From: Amphiscolops sp. MND2022
Lineage: Eukaryota
Reading direction: 5' to 3'
DNA: 64,000 nt
Assembly: GCA_964187785.1 (NCBI GenBank)
Contig: OZ076409.1
Coordinates: 26,228,001-26,292,000, forward strand
Below, piece after piece: positions 50,001 to 61,800 of the stretch. A model generated the notes under the pieces. It was not told the origin of the DNA and did not search any database. It was given only the letters and a program-made list of their open reading frames with translations. Both the position numbers and the translations under genes were made by a program. Position 1 is the stretch's first letter. Each line of letters begins with the position of its first letter.

Positions 50001-51812
50001 TAAAACACTGAAGTCACCATAATTGTCTCAAAAATGTCGAATAAACGTCTAAATTTTAACATTTTGAGCGCAATTTGAGAAAGGTTTCAACAGTAATTTG
50101 TTTGATGGTTTGCAGCTTGAAAGCAACATGCAGTTCATGAACGGAACTGTGGCTGCAGCTAAACGACAACTCATCTCCAACTCAACTGACGAGGAAGTGC
50201 CTCTCAAAAAACGTCATCTTCTCACACTCTTCAGGAGACAAGCTGAACCTGTGAATGTCAGCGTAGAAGCCAGAGCTGCGTCGCAGTCCTTTTCTGATTG
50301 GCTAGAAATCGAAGAGCGTCAACTGAACGAAACGCTCATCAACTTGGGGGCAACTGCTTTGATTGCGTCATCGATGGCTCAGATTGAAGACGTCACTTCA
50401 ACTGATTTTGGGTTCAAGTCAGGGGTTCTTCAGGTTAATTTATATCGATTGAGAAAATTTCAGAACTTTCCACGATAATTCATCCTTATATGAGTTGCCG
50501 CTGAGCACTGGAAATTTTTTGCACACAACTATTTAAGCAACAACTACTCAAAAATCTTTCAAAACTTGCAGAAACGTTTAACCCTATTTAGCATCGCGGT
50601 ACGTATTTGCACCACTTAAGATCTGCTAACTTCTAAAGGCACCAGCCCACCGTATGGTAAAGAAAACTCTTGAATAAGACTTTCAGACAAAATAACATAG
50701 AATTGCACGCATTTTCACGGATTGTTGACTTGATGTCTCCAAAATCAGAAAAACGGGACCAAAAAAATCAAAGAAAAAATAGCGCAAAATTTCCGATTTT
50801 CCTGTTTTCGTATTTGGCCACTTTATACTACTGGGGACAAGATTAGGTCAAAGGGGCCCTAGCATGTTTTAAAACAAGCTGAACTGCAGCTAGAGACACC
50901 ACGCGTGCAAAGTTTTGGCGCAAAGTCCGGATCCAGTGCGGCGAAGCGGTTTAAAGTTTAAGCACCAGATTTTTGGATGCATCCAGAAATTTCCACCTCC
51001 ATTCCGGGTTAAAAACTGACATCATATTTTTCGGGACTTCAGTCATTTCTAGGCATTTTCTCAAATAAGTTTGAATATCATGATTAGCACATAGACTACG
51101 AATTTTTTTCGTCGTTGAATTCTGTGGATAGAGCACTATTTTTTGAGTTTAAAATTAGAGCATGGCAAAATTTGTAAACAAAAAAGCGGCCAATACATAA
51201 ATTTTGCTTCTCAAATTTAAAACATGAGTGAAAAACGAAAAAGTACAGACGTACTAGACTTCTGAATATGCGATTTCTCTCTTTGAAATGTTTATGAATG
51301 ATATGTTCTTGAAAAGTTTAGATATATCTAAATGTCAAAGGAAAAAAATTGATCCAAAAATCACTTGAAAGGTGCATACATGTACTATCATTTTTTGCGA
51401 TTTCCAGAGCGCTTGTTAGGTTTCTGCAACTCCTTGGGGTATTTTTCAGAGGAATTTTCGATGAACATTGGAAAATTTCAAGACAAGATTGACATATCCA
51501 AACACATTCTCATAAAATACCAAAATGTTTACTATTCAGTTAGTACTATGAAAAATTAGTTATAACTGCTGAACCTTTGCGGCGGTTTTGAAAGTAAAGA
51601 CAGCTAGATTATTAGCCGAAAACTGGTTATAAGCCGGCATTACTCTGTTACAGGAAAACATGAACAAATATCTGGAGCAGATTAAACAGAGCCCTTCCGA
51701 TGGAATGGAATTGGCAAAAGGGCTTCTGGCTTCCCTCTCAGGACTGAAGGACAGCTTGGAAGAAGTAGATTGGGATGATCTCTTCGAAGATGACGATGAA
51801 GATGACGAATGA
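47051..51812 (+). CDS. Secreted precursor with repeated KR-Q sites, 286 aa; exons 47051-47144, 49250-49539, 50116-50433, 51654-51812
   Basis: Signal-like MYFVSPSLLCGFLTLLFVKSALT; GT-AG junctions in phases 1,0,0, 861 nt in total. Multiple KR/RR sites, N-X-S/T sequons and an acidic C-terminus. Confidence 0.75.
48206..49095. mobile_element. TIR element with internal 148-bp tandem repeats built from CAAGATCTTG palindromes
   Basis: TIRs CCCAGCG.TT..GA / TCGAACGCTGGG flanked by AT; three near-identical 148-bp units from ~48217. Lies in intron 1 of the secreted-protein gene. Confidence 0.75.
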
Positions 51813-52509
51813 AAATTGAGATGAAACTCAATTGGCGGAAAAGATTTTAAAAGAACAACAGCTGGTACTGAATAACGCGTGAACAATCAATCTCTCGATC
51901 CTTGTTCGGATTCTATTTCGTGTAATCCATATATTCAAATGTGAAAGTATATTCATGTCGAAATTTCATGCTCTTAATGCAATTCAGGAAAGTAAGTCAG
52001 TGGAGATACATCACAGGTCAAATCGTAGTTTTTGGTTTCCAGATTTGAGTTCAGCCATTTAGGAGTCGTTGGAGTACATCGGTACCAAACAGCTGCGGCT
52101 TATATTGCAGGCGAAAATTTCGACAGCGCATTATTCTTTTAGATGAAAAACGTCTCAAAAGCAAATATCTACCAGATTTTGATCAGAACTACATTTGAAA
52201 TCGAATCGTAATATATAAAAAGGCATCATATTACATTGTATTAGGGGTTTTTGGAATTTTTGGGAACTCTATCATACACTAATTCAGAATCTCACTAGTA
52301 GTTTTTTTACAAAAATCATTTTTCTAGAAAACTCCTTCAGATGTAGAAAACTTTTGTATGATTAAGTACCAAAAATATTCGAAAAAAGTCCTTTCCGTCA
52401 GCAGTAACTTTTTGCAATATTCCCTCAAAAGTCGGATCAGATCACATTTCTTGATAACAAAGAAGGAAGCAGTTATCAGAAAAATCTTCGGAAGTTATCA
52501 CAAAAGATT

Positions 52510-55500
52510 AAAACAAGACAGTAACGTCTAAAGTCGGAGCTATATCTAAGACTCAAAAAGCGCAGTTTTTAAAATATGCGTGGGACGTTTCCATCAAAAA
52601 CTCCTCTTTTCGAACCTCCGCCTCCTCCTTAGTACATTGCAAAAAGTTCGGATATTACTTCAAAATTTTCGATAGTATAGAAATTTTTTGGGAGTATATA
52701 TTGAGAAAACCTCTTTTCGGACGAAAAATGAAAAATTTGAAAGTCTCACAGGGCCGAAAGATGAAAAATTTGAAACAGTCTCACAGGGCCGAAAAACGTA
52801 AAAGGGGAGACCATTTGCACATTTTGAATTTCCAGATTGTTGCAAAATATTCAATAAAGTGAAGAGAAGACCCTTTGGAGACAAAAACATTTTTGAAAAA
52901 TCTCTCACTGCGCCGAAAAAAAACGAAAAGAGGGACCTTTTAGTATCGTACGGTTTTGTATGTCACGTTTGAAATGTGAAAAATGAAAGGGGTAGTAACT
53001 TAGATGCTTTTCCTAGATAATCGTTTAGTTGATCAAACTGAACAAATGTTTCGTCGCATTCGAGGCTGTCTTGAAGAAAAGCAAAAAAAAAACAAACGAG
53101 TGACTATAATAGACGGGCTCTTTTATTCTAGGAGCGCCGACTAATAATAAGCTTCAATGTCGTATTGGATTGTTTCATTTTCCTGTTGAGTCCCATGTTT
53201 TTCTTATTTTTATTCGGCATTTTTAGAATGGAAAAGCCCGATTTATAGTAACATTCTTTTAAAAAATTATTTTTTTAAGACAGACTCGAATGTGATGAAA
53301 TTTTTTGTTGTTTGCGCAACTCAACAACGAATACCTCGGATACGCATCTAAATTAATGCAAGGGGTCACGCTTACTTTTCTTTCCTTTTTAAACGTAATA
53401 CACAACCGGACGAGACTAAGGGCTCCCCTCAATTATTTTTTGGCACTGTGAGACTTATTTTCGAATTTTTTTAAGGTCTCCAAAGGGTCCCCCTTCAATA
53501 TTTTGATACTTTCCATTAAATGTTTGTGCTAAGAGGCCCGTTTATTTTTTGGCACTATTAGACTGTGTCAAAATTCTCATTTTTAGTCTGAAATTACGTT
53601 TTCTCAATGTATACCGTCAATATTTTTTTTCAACCTTATTCGAATTTTGGACGTTATATCCGAATTATTTTGCGTTTTCCTAAAGAGAAAAAGAAGAGGC
53701 GGAGAAACAAGCGAACCCATTCATCCCAACACGAATCCTTTGAGTGTTTGACCAACAAACTGACAGATTTTATGAGCTTTATAAGCTCTTGCTTACTAAG
53801 TTTAAGTCGGCGATTCATGAAGTGAGACGCGACTATAATAGTGACTCTTTTTTCCAATCCACACGAACAGGCCAAAATAGTTCTACAAAAGTTCTACGAA
53901 ACTCGAGCTGTCAAAATGAGCCATTTGGCCTAGCGAACAGAATCAAAAACGTTTTTTTTCCTCGTAACATACGATACCGGGCGAGACTAAAAAATCCCCC
54001 TTTCAGTTTTTTTGACATTGTGCGACATTTTTTCGGAATTTTTTTACCCCCCTAAGGGTCCCCCCTTCATTTTCGTTATGTTTTGCGACAGAATGAATGT
54101 TGAAAAATCTCAAAGGGTCCCCTTTTTTAGTTTTTCGGCATTGTGAGACTTTTTCCGTAAAAAGGTTTTTCTTCCAAAAAGGTTCCTCTTTAACTTTGGT
54201 TGATTTGGTTGATGCAACAATGGTTGTTTGAAAATCCGAAGGATCCCCCTTTCAGCGCACCAGTTCAGTCGTTTGGGTTTTCGAAAGTGTTTCGAAACTT
54301 TTTTGTTTTATACATTGAGTTTTTTGACACTTTCATCTCATTTTTCTATTTTGAGCCCTAGATATGGCGCCGACTTATGCCGTTCCCGGCTTGTTACTTC
54401 TACCAGTCGATTTAGGGGGAACCCAGCGGTCGCGGGTTCGAGTCCCTGCTTCGGTCAGAAACTGTTCGTGCATTTGCAAAAAACGGGCGAGACTAAAGTG
54501 TCCCCTTTTGATTTTTTTCGGCTTTGTGAGACTTCTAGAAGTTTTTTAATGTCTCCGAAGGGTCACTCTTCATTTTGTTTCTGACATTGTGTATTTTGAG
54601 AAAGCCCAAAGAGCCCCTTTTTGGTTTTTTAGCCTCAAAGGGGCACCAACTCAAGACGTTCCCGTCTTGTTTTTTAGTCGGCGCTTTATCCTTTTAAGGA
54701 AAAATGCCCGACTATCGCAGTGACCTTTTTAGTCGGCGCTTTATCCTTTTAAGGAAAAATGCTCGACTATAGCAGTGACCTTTCTTTAGTCGGCGCTTTT
54801 CCATTAAAAGAAAAATGCCCGACTATAGCAGTGACTGTTTTTAGTCGGCGCCTTTTCCCTTAAGTGGGGGACTTTTCCCCTGTCCCGACTATTACAGTGG
54901 GTAGTTTTTTTTCTTTTTCAGCCTACAATCTCACTCTGAATGGTCCACTTTTTACAATTTGTTCATCTGTTCTGTTGTTCATCTTCGACTAAATTTCTGA
55001 AGCCGGAGAGCGGGGGTTCGATTCTCGCACTAAACCATAATATTTTTATGCTTCCAAAAGTACAGCAGGTGAGACCAAAGGGTCCCCCCTTTGGGTTTTT
55101 TTTCGGCACTACGCGACTTTTTTTTCGAAAATTTTCGGATTGTATCAAAGGGTAACCCCTTGCATTTTTTGAAGTTTTCGGTTTGTAAAAACGTTCAATG
55201 AGACTGAATGACCTCTTTTTGAGTTTTTAGGCATTGTGCGACTTTCTAAAAAAATACTTTTTTTCGAAAAAAAATATTTCAAAATTTTTTTTTTGGAAAA
55301 AATTTTTCCAAATGTTTCCAATAGTTGTTCTTTGAATATTTTTGAGCCTTAGATATGGCGCCGACTTGAGACGATCCCGTCTTGTTTTTTCTTCAGACAA
55401 CAATCCTCACACTGATCGGTCCACTTTTCTTACAATTCTTACAATCTTAAAATCTTACAATTCTTACTTAGCAAATTTAAAATACTGGCGCAAAAGCTTG

Positions 55501-56690
55501 CGAAGTAGTATTTTTACATCATCTAAGAAACTCAAAGGGACCAAAGGGTACGCCCTCCTTAGAGTATTTTCGGCTCTGTGAGACTTTTTTTTCGAAAAAG
55601 TTTTTAATGTCTGAAAAGGGCCCCCCCTTCGAGTTTTCTCATATTTTGCAACTGAATGTATGTTAATCAATCCCAAAGGGTCCCCCCTTCTACATTTTTG
55701 GCACTATGAGACTTTTTTTGGAAGAATTTTTTTTCAAAAATTACAAGTTTTTTTCCAAAAAAATGTTTTGCGCTTTTGGATCCTTAGATATGGCGCCGAC
55801 GTTAGGCGTTCTCGTCTTGTTCTTCAGACTACAATCCTCACACTGATCGGTCCACTTTTTAGAAACAATCCTAAAACCACCTAAGGCGCCAAATCCGGCC
55901 AAGGCAAACTTAGTGCGTAGGGTCCCCCCTTTCGTTTTTTACTTTTTCAAGGTAACCTACAAAACCGGACAGGACTAAAGAGTCCCCCCTTTCGATTTTT
56001 TTTCGGCACTGTGCGACTTTTTTTCCGAAAATTTTTTAATGTCCCCAAAGGGTCCCCCTTTGAGTTTTTTGTTATTTTGCAACAGAATGCATGTTTATAA
56101 ATCAAAAAGGGTTCCCCTTCTACATTTTTTGGCACTGTGCGACATTTTCCAAAAGAAAAAATTTTCAAAAATGTCAAGTTTTTTCCAGAAAAAAATGTTT
56201 TGCGCTTTTGGAGCCTTAGATATAGCGCCGACTTTAGACGTTCCCGTCTTGTTTCTTCAGACTAAAATCCTCACACTGATCGGTCCTCTTTTTAGAACTA
56301 ATCCTTTTAGAACCACCTAAGGCGCCAAGTCCGGCCAAGGCAAACTTAGTGCAAAGGGTCCCGTCCCCCCTTTCATTTTTTACTTTTTTACTTTTCAAGA
56401 TAACCTACAAAACCGGACGGGACTAAAGACTCCCCTTTCGATTTTTTTCGGCACTGTGCGACATTTTTTTGAAAAAATATTTAATGTCCCCAAAGGGTCC
56501 CCCCTTCGTGTGTTTTGAAATTTTGCAACAGAATGTATGTTAATAAGTCCAAAAGGGCCCCCCTTTTACATTTTTCGGCACTATGCGACATTTTTCGAAA
56601 GATAAAAATTCTAAAAGTTTTTTTCCAAAAAATGTTTTGCGCTTTTTGAGCCTTAGATATAGCGCCGATTTTAGACGTTCTCGTCTTGGT
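52510..56690. mobile_element. Cluster of DINE-1/Helentron-like repeats (52510-53144 minus; 53805-54394, 54673-55388 and tandem 3' modules to 56690 plus)
   Basis: 5' TTAGTCGGCGC...CCCGACTA hairpin, 3' GCGCCGACT subterminal IR and TCTTGTT end, flanking T runs. Four tandem ~56-bp copies of the 5' hairpin at 54673-54890. Confidence 0.6.
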
Positions 56691-57753
56691 AATAGAATTG
56701 AGAAATAACGCAAAATGATAAAATATCCGGATTTATTTTGTAATTGCTTCTTTATCAACGATGCCTTCTCTTAAAAATTAGAAGGAGACTATTCTTTTCT
56801 GTGATATGTGCATCAAGTTGCAATTGAAATTCACGCGTGGACTAAGATCCTGAAGATCTGGTAACTACTTTTTTTTGTTGGATTACAATAAGCACGAAAT
56901 AAATACAGATTTTCTGGGAAAACATCACATTTCAGCTCCGAAAAGAATTTTTTCAAACCCATCACGTCAACACATAAAAGTTGCATTTTGATGCAATTAC
57001 AAAAGAAAACAGTCTCTTTTTGATTTTCGAGAAAAGCCCAAGTTGATAAAGTAACAATAAATAAAATTAATATGGATTAATCACTGCATTATTGCAGTGT
57101 GACAGTAAAGAATTAAGAACGAGTGAAGTATCAGAGAAGAAAAATTATCTCCGGATTCGATCAGAAGAACAGCGGTTTTTTTCTTCAGAAATTGATTTGA
57201 AATTGCGTGAGTAATATCACACGGTAGTTTCACGAATTTCGGAAATTTTCAAATTTACTATGATATCGCGGCATTTACTGGTTCGGAGAAAAAACCCTGC
57301 GAACATTTTTTGAAGTCTTGGCTCTTTCCTCGGACACTCAATTTTAACTTTTCTTCTAAAGAGGACAGCCAAAAGGCAGTTGAAACGAAACTTTGCATTC
57401 GAAGAAATTGCATTCGTTGACCATTCTGCAGTTTACAATCTAAACAAAAATAGGTAAACAAAGGTTCAGTTTTGCGAAAGGACCAACGATTTTCCAGGTA
57501 TTGAATAAGAGTTCAAAAGTGTCAAATGTGAAAAATAGAAAATGTTAAAAATTTCGAGATGGAACTTCTCGAAGACCGGTAATTGAACTCGAACAAGTGA
57601 GACTGAATAAACATTTGCGAGAATGATTTGAATAACTAACGAACGGATCATTTTTCTCAAATGCTGCCATGGACTGCAGCAGTACTTGTAAGGGCTTGAG
57701 TCTGTCTGAATACTGGAGTTAGCCTCTGCAGTCCATAAGTCCGCTGGAATGTA

Positions 57754-58572
57754 CACCCAGTTTTTGACAAGCAATGTCTTATAAATAACCTAGCATAGAG
57801 GTGGGCGGCACGCCGCCGCCGACTTGGTTGACCTCCGCGCCGTTCACGCCGATGTAATATCGGCGTACGCCCGCGTGAACACATACCATACTGTAATAAA
57901 TGAAATGGGCTATTGATTGTAAAAAATGATTTGGACTAAAAATAAATTAGCTCGAAACACAAGTGATTCTGGAGGAAATCAAAAACGCTTGATCAAATGT
58001 TATTAAATTTGTGAAAACACTTCAGAATCAGTTTTGCAAACAATTTTAGAGCTTTGTAATATCACTTTCAACAACTTGTATTTACTACTAAAGTTTGATC
58101 TAGGAGCAAGTTTTTGCAAAATTAGACGTTCCACAGACGCAGTACGTGAACAATTTTTGTTATCGACTCATTGTTTTCACGCCAGCGACGCCGCCGCCGA
58201 AAAAAAAATAGTAACGGCGTTGACCTCTAACCTATTTCAGAATTTGTAGAAAAATAACCAATTTTTAGGCAATAAAAAACTTTAGAATTATAAATTACTT
58301 CAAAATCGACTTTGTTTTCGCCCAAACTTGAACTAAAGTAAATAATTTTGCCTATGTGCCATCCCGAGTCGTACAATCTTTTGTTTGATTTCCCCTGGAA
58401 CAATGTAACTTGCGCGTGGTTGTAGATACTTTAAAAATTGAACAATTAGCCATTCCCGTTAAAGCTAAGCAATTCTTAAGCAAATTGTAGGGCTAAATTT
58501 CCATTTAATTCAAGCAATCGTTAAGCGAGCTAGGCTAGAGTCAATCGTAAATCGCTTATAAAAAACTGGGTG
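57754..58572. mobile_element. TA-flanked MITE with a nested hAT-like MITE (57796-58229)
   Basis: Outer TA|CACCCAGTTTTT...AAAAACTGGGTG|TA. Inner TAGAGGT...ACCTCTA with CGCCGCCGCCG subterminal motifs and a degenerate 8-bp TSD (ACCTAGCA/ACCTATTT). Confidence 0.65.
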
Positions 58573-58821
58573 TACACTAGTGCATATGTTTCATATATAG
58601 ATTTTTCGACTTTCTAGTTTTTGAATTATCAAACTTGATCCAAATAAAATCATGATGAAGGAAATGCTGAAACAACCAGATGCGAATTTACAAAAGGTAC
58701 AAAAAGTGATAGAACAAAATTAGGAAAAGCGTGGAGCTATGCAATAGTAAGCAATCACATGTAAGGTCTTCGGTTTGCTTTCGGCTAATATTATTAGGCT
58801 AGTAAAGCTGCGGCTACTGTT

Positions 58822-61800
58822 TTATTCCTCGTCATCCATGGCTGAGTCCTTGAGCAGCTTCAGTCGGTACGTGCACACCTTGAGAAGCTCTTGAAGATCC
58901 TTGTTCTGGCGGGATAAGTTGCCTATTTGATCGTCTTTGGTGCGCAGAAGCATTTCTAGTTCTGTTTTTGCTTGCTAGAACAAATGTTCACAACTTGATA
59001 AGAATTTTCCAGAGTAATGGATATCTTGCAAGGCCCGTTCAAAAGATGTATTCTTTTCAGAAATAGTGCAAGAATGTTACACAAAAATTAGTTCTTCTAC
59101 GAGAGTTTTCAAGAATTATTTCTACGACAGTCGTACCTCGGTTTACCTACACCTCTTGCGTGTATCTTATTAATTATTTGATAGTTTACGTTGTTTCGAA
59201 CACTTGTTTGTGCATTTGCTTTTGATTTGTTTAGAAATCAAATTGCTGTATTACGAGAACTACAGTTTAGCGATGGTTCGTTACAGTGAGGTCCAACTGT
59301 AGAAAAATTTTTCCACAAAACATCTTTGCAAAGACTAATATTCTGAAAAGAGGTTGCGTTGTGCTATGAACAGAACAATTCAAAAACGCACAACGATTTT
59401 GTGGCTGCGTTTTGAATGAAGGAGGAGTATCCTTGCTTTTTCATTTTCGCCCGGAAAACATTTCTTAGTGATCAATTTCTGATCTCCAAACTCCGGAAAA
59501 CATTTTCTGCCCATGTCAAAATAAGGGTTATAAAAACTCAAATCATTCCACAAACATTTTGCACTTAGAATGACTTAAAAGACAGATCATTGGTAACTGC
59601 ATCGAAATAGGGCAAACTTGTTGAATAATTTATTCGCGAGTTTCAATCAGTGCTTGTCTCGAAAAATTCATTTGAGTTTCTTCTCAAAAACTGAGAGTTT
59701 CTTTTTTATTCACTAATGATGCTAAAAAAATAGTAACCTTGAGAGAAGCTATGAGGTCTTCTAGTTTCTTGGAGTTGTCTTTGAGGTTCTTTATTTCGCT
59801 ATTCTTGTCTTTCGACATTGCCTGTGCTTCTGATTTCACTGCATCAATCTCGGCTGTCAGCTTCGAATTTTGCCTGTCTTTCTCTTGTTTGATCTACAAC
59901 AAATAAATCTCTTAAAAACTACATTGAGAATACAATAGATCTCAAATGTACTGCGTTTCCTAATTTTCCCCTAATACACCTTGTTTCGTTGTTTTGGATT
60001 CCCCTCTCCCGCCGCAACACAAAAGCGCATTTTATTCTGGAAAAAATTGCTCGTTTCACGGATAAAAGAATTTTATATGGTTTCAAATATTTGACAATCC
60101 CCGCAGAAAATTACGATGATTTTATATTACAAAAATTTTTTATTTACATGTATTGTCCAAAATAGCGGAAACTCACGCCGCCTGGAATAAGACAAAATCG
60201 TATACACAGGCCCCTATTTTAACGCAAATTTTCTACGCCATAGAACAAAATTAGCAACTTTTAACTGTGAATCAATTCGAAAGATTATGTCTATATCAGT
60301 TATATTAGTGGACCGAAATTTCATCGCATACGATGTCGATGTAATGGTATTTGAACTTTGTTTCTTTTTCTCACAGCGGCCCCTTGGATGAGAAACATGC
60401 TCACATTCTTCATAATAATCAATGAGTGAATCTGTTTGTTGTTTTCATTTGCCTCCTAAAAGATGATGTTTGTTTTCAATAACCTTTGCAATTTCGTCAC
60501 GTGACATTTTGGACTCCCTCTCCCTTGACTCGTTAGCTTTAGTGACCTCATCGTGGGCCCTGTTTAGGTCATTCTTCAGCCGCTCGATTGCGTAATCTCT
60601 GTCGGCTGAAACTCGTTCTATTTCGGAGTGCAGTCGTTTGATTTCTGTGTCCTTCTGTTCTTTCGTAGTCGTTACTTCGTACCTCGTCTTATCCAGATCG
60701 TCTCGAATGTCAGCCATGGCTTTTTCGAACGACTGCTTTTGGTAGCGAAGGTCTGCGTCTTTCGTGTCTCGCATCTGCATGTAATCATGGCATCATTTCA
60801 ATTTGGAAAAATTGATATCTGCTATGTTATCTAATTTTCATCACTTGTCCTCGGGTTCGAAATTCGTTCGATGAATGAAATTTATGAACAATTTCTATTT
60901 TATTACGAAAAAAGTCTATGGTTTGTAACTTGTAGAATGTTTAATATAAAGAATTCTGGTAGTTTTCTGACTTTCAATGTTTGAGAATTGAATGAAATTT
61001 GATCACTTGGTCATTGAGGTTAACAAACCTCCAAAAACCTAATTTGCAAAAAAACTCGTCTGAAAACCAAGTTAAAGCAACGTTATGACAACGTGAAGTA
61101 AACAAAGATCTATATTGATCTTCAGAACTTTTAGACTCCGAGTATTTTTAGAGACACGACGAAAACGTCATCTCATGGCAAAGTGAAGTAAAGAAACATG
61201 TGAAAAAGAGAAAAGAGTTTCTTACATTTTGTGTCTCCTGTTTTGCTTCCTGAACTGCGTTGTCTCGTTCTTCCTTGAGGTTTTTCATGTCCTGTTTCAT
61301 GTTTCTCATGTCTGCCTCTTTCTCTTCCTTCGCCCTCTGCAAGTCGTCTCTCAGATTGTCCAGAGCATCCTACATAGGGAGAAATACACTAATAAATCAC
61401 CTATTGGGGAACTCTTTTAATCAAAAATTTTGCTTTTGTGACTTGTCAAAAGAATACACAAAGGTTTATTGAGCTGGTAAAGCTATTGTGTTCGTTGGAA
61501 GCATCCCGAAAACTGTTTGCTTGTAATACTTGGGCAATAAATAGGCATCAGCAATTTAATAATGAAAAACGAAACAAATTCAACCTGCAGGCATGATTTA
61601 TCATATATAGAACTTCCACCATCTACTAAAACTCCCGTGAATCATTTTAGTTCCCGCTTTTATGTAATATATAGCCGCCTGAGTGAGTGGTTCTTCGATA
61701 TTTTTAAAACCCCCTCGCAGTGGTCAAAACAGTTCCACAAAGTTCTACTTCTCACCCCCAAGATCTAAGAACCATTTAAAGGGACCGAAGTCTTGCCCCT

